This document shows, piece by piece, positions 59,573 through 64,000 of a DNA stretch of 64,000 nt; position 1 is the stretch's first letter; each line of letters opens with the position of its first letter. The position numbers and the translations under genes are program-made. The notes under the pieces are model-generated. The model was not told the origin of the DNA. It searched no databases and worked only from the letters and a program-made list of their open reading frames with translations. The DNA lies in assembly GCF_009914755.1 (NCBI RefSeq), contig NC_060946.1; one strand, 5' to 3'. This DNA is from the human T2T-CHM13v2.0 reference genome, Homo sapiens.

Positions 59573-61412
59573 ACCTTTATTCAACTCATAAGGTTACTGG
59601 GCTTTGCCATGTACCACACACATGTGATAAGTGAGGCATGCCTCTGCCCTCAAGGAGCCCATGGGAAGAATCCTCCCCATTCTCCATGGCCAGCTTTGCA
59701 TCTCACCTCTGTTAATCCTTTGCCATGCCCTTCAGCAGAAGCAACGGACTCTGAAGGGCTGTCCTGTGAGGAGAGTTCAGTTCTGGCTTTCATGAATTGC
59801 AGAGGACAGAGCTCAGACAAGGAGAGAGGCAAAGGGTGGGGAGGAGGTGAGAGTGAGATGAGCTAGTGGGACGGGGATTTTGGCTTTGTGGAGGGAGCTG
59901 CTTCCAGTTAGCTGTGAGTACTCAGCAGTGTATTGGGGGATGAAGGGAAAGAGAAGGGGGCAAGGAAACCACTATTGGAGAAGTGGGTTAGTGTGGCGGT
60001 GAGGAGGTGAGCTCTGCAGCCAATGGACTACCTGGCTTATTGTCTCAGCTCCACCATATTCCTGCTGTGTGAACCTGGGCACATATCTTAACATCTCTGA
60101 GCCTCCATGTCCTCATTTGTAAAATGAGGATAATAAGACCTATCTCACAATGTTGCCTTTAGCATTAACACATGCAGTGCTTAAATTAATGCGTGGCACA
60201 AAGGGAGAGCTTAATAGATTCCAGCTTTGGTTGTGACTACTCCTATTACGTACCAGCTACTATGCCAGGAGCTTTCATTCCAGTGTGTCCTCTGAGCTAA
60301 CCCTATGCGGGGATTATTGAACCCATTTTGCAGATGAGGAAATGAAGACCGACGGAAGCTATCTCTTGAGCTCGTCATGCAGCTGGCGAAGGGTGGAGCA
60401 GGGCTTCAAATGCAGACCTTTCCAACTCCATTGTCCCTGCTCTCCTGCGTGCCCTTTCCTGCCTTTTCTCAAGGGGTGAGTGCTCTGAGATGCAAAGATT
60501 GGAAGACTTCCATCCCAGCTTCTGCCTAGGGCACTCTTTTGGCCTTCTCTAGTTGTAGCCCTGAATTGTTAATTACTGTTTCATGTATGTTTTCTCTGCT
60601 CCCCAGAGACCATGAGATCAAGAAAAAAGATTTTCTTCTCCACGGCAACTGAAGTGTTGACTTTGACAGTGAAAGCTACAGAGTGTATGATGTTTCCCTT
60701 TTTGCCTTGCTTGCCAGGAAGCTTGTGCTTTTTGTCAAACTGCTTACTTCCCCTTTCCATGGTTTTGGTCTTCTACCTTTGACAGACTTTTATTCATAAG
60801 TCTTACTGTAAGCTGTTCTACTCATAGAATAAGCTGAATAAATAGAAATTGAATTGAATGGAAAAGGATGGGTTACAAATTACAAGTAAATAATTCATTT
60901 TATATTTAATTTAATTTATTTATTTACTTTTGAGATGGAATACTGCTGTCACCCAGGCTGGAGTGCAATGTCGTGATCTCACTGCAACCTGCGCCTCCTG
61001 AGTTTAAGTGATTCTCCCGCCTCAGCCTCCCAAGTAGCTGGGATTACAGGTGCCCATGCCTGGCTAATTTTTGTATTTTTAGTAGAGATGGGGTTTCACC
61101 ATGTTGGCCAGGCTGGTCTCGAACTCCTGACCTCAGGTGATCCATCCGCCTTGGCCTCCCGAGTGCTGGGATTACAGATGTGAGCCACTGTGCCCGGCCT
61201 GCAAGTAAATAATTCAAATAAAATCACGAGCTTCAGGAAAGAAAAATGCCTTTCTTATATCGGGCCATTGCCACAGTGTTTAGCCCTGAGCCCTGGTTCT
61301 GGCTGGGTGAAGTTTGCATGGAAAGCCCAGTGGTGATTTTCCCTGTTGTGTCTGGATCAGTGGCTCTCCTTGCACCTAGAATATAACTCAAAGGCCTTCC
61401 CTTTGGATTAGA

Positions 61413-61708
61413 GCAGCAGTCCCCGACCTTTTTGGCACCAGGGATCAGTTTCATGGAAGACAATTTTTCCACATACTGGGTGGGAAACTGTTTCTCCTCA
61501 CATCATCAGGCATTAGTTAGAGTCTCATAAGGAACAGGCAACCTAGATCTCTCTCATGCACAGTTCACAGTAGGACTCATCCTCCTGTGAGTATCTAATG
61601 CTGCCGCTGATGTGACAGGAGGTGGAGCTCAGGTGGTAATTCTCCATCACCCGCTGCTCACCTCCTGCTGTGTGGCCCTGGTCCAAGGCCCAGGGATTGG
61701 GGACCCCG
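61413..61708. mobile_element. MER1B-like hAT-Charlie element
   Basis: cagtccccgacctttttggcaccaggga...catggaagacaatttttccac...gattggggacccc. Confidence 0.8.
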
Positions 61709-62310
61709 GGATTAGAGGACTGACCCCTGCCCACCTCTTCCACCTTATCCTGTGTAACTTGTCCCCTTGCTCACCCAGGATAACTACTGGAGTCATCTTT
61801 GAGATGTTCTCACAAGCCAGGTTCTTTCCCTGCTTCAGAAAAGAGGCTTTGTGGCTGGGCGTGGTGGCTCACACCTGTAATCCCAGCACTTTGGGAGGCC
61901 GAGGCAGGCGAACCACCTGAGGTCAGGAGTTCGAGACCAGCCTGACCAACATAGAGAAACCCGGTCTTTACTAAAAATACAAAATTAGCTGGGAGTAGTG
62001 GCACAAGCCTGTAATACCAGCTACTCGGGGAGGCTGAGGCAGGAGAATCACTTGAACCCGGGAGGCAGAGGTGGTGGTGAGCTGAGATCATGCCATTGCT
62101 CTCCAGCCTGGGCAACAAGAGCAAAAACTACGTCTCAAAAAAAAAAAAAAAAAAGAAAAAGAGGCTTTGCATGTGCCGTTCCCTCTGCCTGGAGCCCTCT
62201 GCTCTCTCCCATCCCCTGCTTCTGCCTGGCTCATCATTCCTACGCTTCAAATTTCTGCTGAAAGTCAGCATCTTAGGGAGGCCTCCCCTGACTGCTCTGT
62301 TTAAAGGGGT

Positions 62311-62800
62311 TGTGGTAGCTGGTCTGCAAAGACAACTCCCAGTGCTTCCTGGCCTCTCCTGTGTATGCTGCTGTTCCCATCAAGAAACAGACTCTATTTC
62401 TCCTCCTCCTGGAAGTGGGCCGGGCGTTGGGCCTGGCTTTGGCCAATGGAATGTGGCAGAGGTAATTTACTGAGGCTTCCGAGGTGAGGCCTTCAGATGA
62501 CTGGCAGCTTCTCCTTCCTGCCACCTGGAACCCAGCTGGTATGCTGTGGGAAGCCCATATCACATAGAGAGACACAGCGGGAGAAATGGGGTGTTCAGCT
62601 CAACAGCCCAGTTGAACCCCCAGCCAACAGTCAGCATGGATTCCAGCCATGTGCGTGAGCCAGCCTGGGTGCTGCAGCCCAGGTGAGCCCCTGAATGACT
62701 GCAGGCCCAGCTAACATCATACGGAACAGAAGAACCACCCAACTGAGCCCACAGAACTGTGGGAGATAATAAAATGGTATTGCTGTTTTAAGCCACTGAA
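62311..62800 (+). mobile_element. MLT1-type LTR
   Basis: tgtggtagctgg...ctttggccaatggaatgtggcag...agaaccacccaactgagccc...ttttaagccact. Confidence 0.7.
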
Positions 62801-63088
62801 TTTCCAGTCATCTAAAGAGAGGTTAATCCCTGATAAATTTCTCTCTTTCTCTCTCTCTCTCTTTTTTTTTTTTTTTAGAGAGACAAGTTCTCACTACGTT
62901 GCCCAGACTGGAGTGCAGTGACTGTTCACAAGTGCAATCATAGTGCACTGCAGCCTCGAACTCCTAGTCTCAAGCATCCCTCCTGCCTCAGCCTCCTGGG
63001 TAGCTGATATTCTAAAAATCATTGCCCCAATGCACTTACTTCATAGCATTCACAATAATCTATAATTATATAATTATTTGATTCTTAA

Positions 63089-63407
<319 letters not shown>

Positions 63408-63536
63408 TGAGCCACCGCACCTGGCCAATTTTCCCTTTCTTCCTATAGCACATGAGTTACAGAAGGCTGGGACCATGTTTGTCTTGATTGCAGCTATCCC
63501 CAGCATTAAGCACAGTGAATGGCATGTGGTGGGAGC

Positions 63537-63577
63537 TGAAAGAATGAAAGAATGAATGAATGAATGAATGAATGAAT
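63537..63577. repeat. (TGAA)n microsatellite
   Basis: gaatgaatgaatgaatgaatgaatg. Confidence 0.85.
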
Positions 63578-64000
63578 GCAAGGCATCGGAGTGGTCTTGA
63601 AGTGTTCCTAAGAGCCAGTGTAAGTCTCTGTGGCTGCAGCCCAGGCTGATATAGCACCAGAAAGGAGATGGGTATGGCCTAAGTCTCAGTTCTCTGGGGC
63701 TTTCACGACTCAGAACTGTACAACACTCCCTGACACCACCTCTATAACCCAGATCTCCACACCCCTGCCAGGAAGAATCACCCTTTTCCTTCTCCTTGCC
63801 CTTCTGTATCCTGCACAGCTCTCCATTAGGGGACCCGACAGGTCTCCGCGCATGCTCGTGTGTATAGATGATGGAAGCAGGACAGAATAATGGGTATGAA
63901 TGAGGGCTCTGGATCCAGAGACCCCCACCTTTGAACCCCAGTCCACCACATTCTAAGGATATCTTGGTGCCATGGCTACAGATATTGAGTGTTCACTCAC

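Noticed and set aside
59290-59866. His/Pro/Ser/Ile-rich ORFs
   Set aside because: They are read through the (TCCA)n repeat.

Overview
Primate genomic DNA, almost certainly human; the gene content matches my recollection of chr22q12.3. It is very Alu-rich and has three minus-strand units in tandem. (1) FOXRED2 (ERFAD, an ER flavoprotein): CpG-island promoter, non-coding exon 1 and seven coding exons; the last coding exon lies left of the window. (2) The complete EIF3D gene: 15 exons, with 14 coding exons that sum to 1647 nt (548 aa + stop), a pyrimidine-rich start and an AATAAA signal. (3) An HPS1-derived pseudogene about 5 kb upstream of EIF3D. The pseudogene is the most interesting feature. 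It has the hallmarks of one L1-mediated retro-insertion of about 3.3 kb: a 14-bp target-site duplication GACAGAAATGTTTT at 42651 and 45925, plus a poly(A) remnant. It is only semi-processed: the first exons are spliced, exon 5 breaks off into intron-like DNA, exon 6 keeps both splice sites, and about 2.1 kb of downstream intron-like DNA runs to an ATTAAA/poly(A) inside a truncated MER33. It looks like a fossil of an alternatively spliced, intronically polyadenylated HPS1 transcript. Positions 46-64 kb are intergenic repeat DNA (Alu, MIR, MaLR LTRs, DNA-transposon fossils, microsatellites). Most ORFs in the track are Alu-derived or antisense noise. Repeat family names and boundaries are by eye and approximate.
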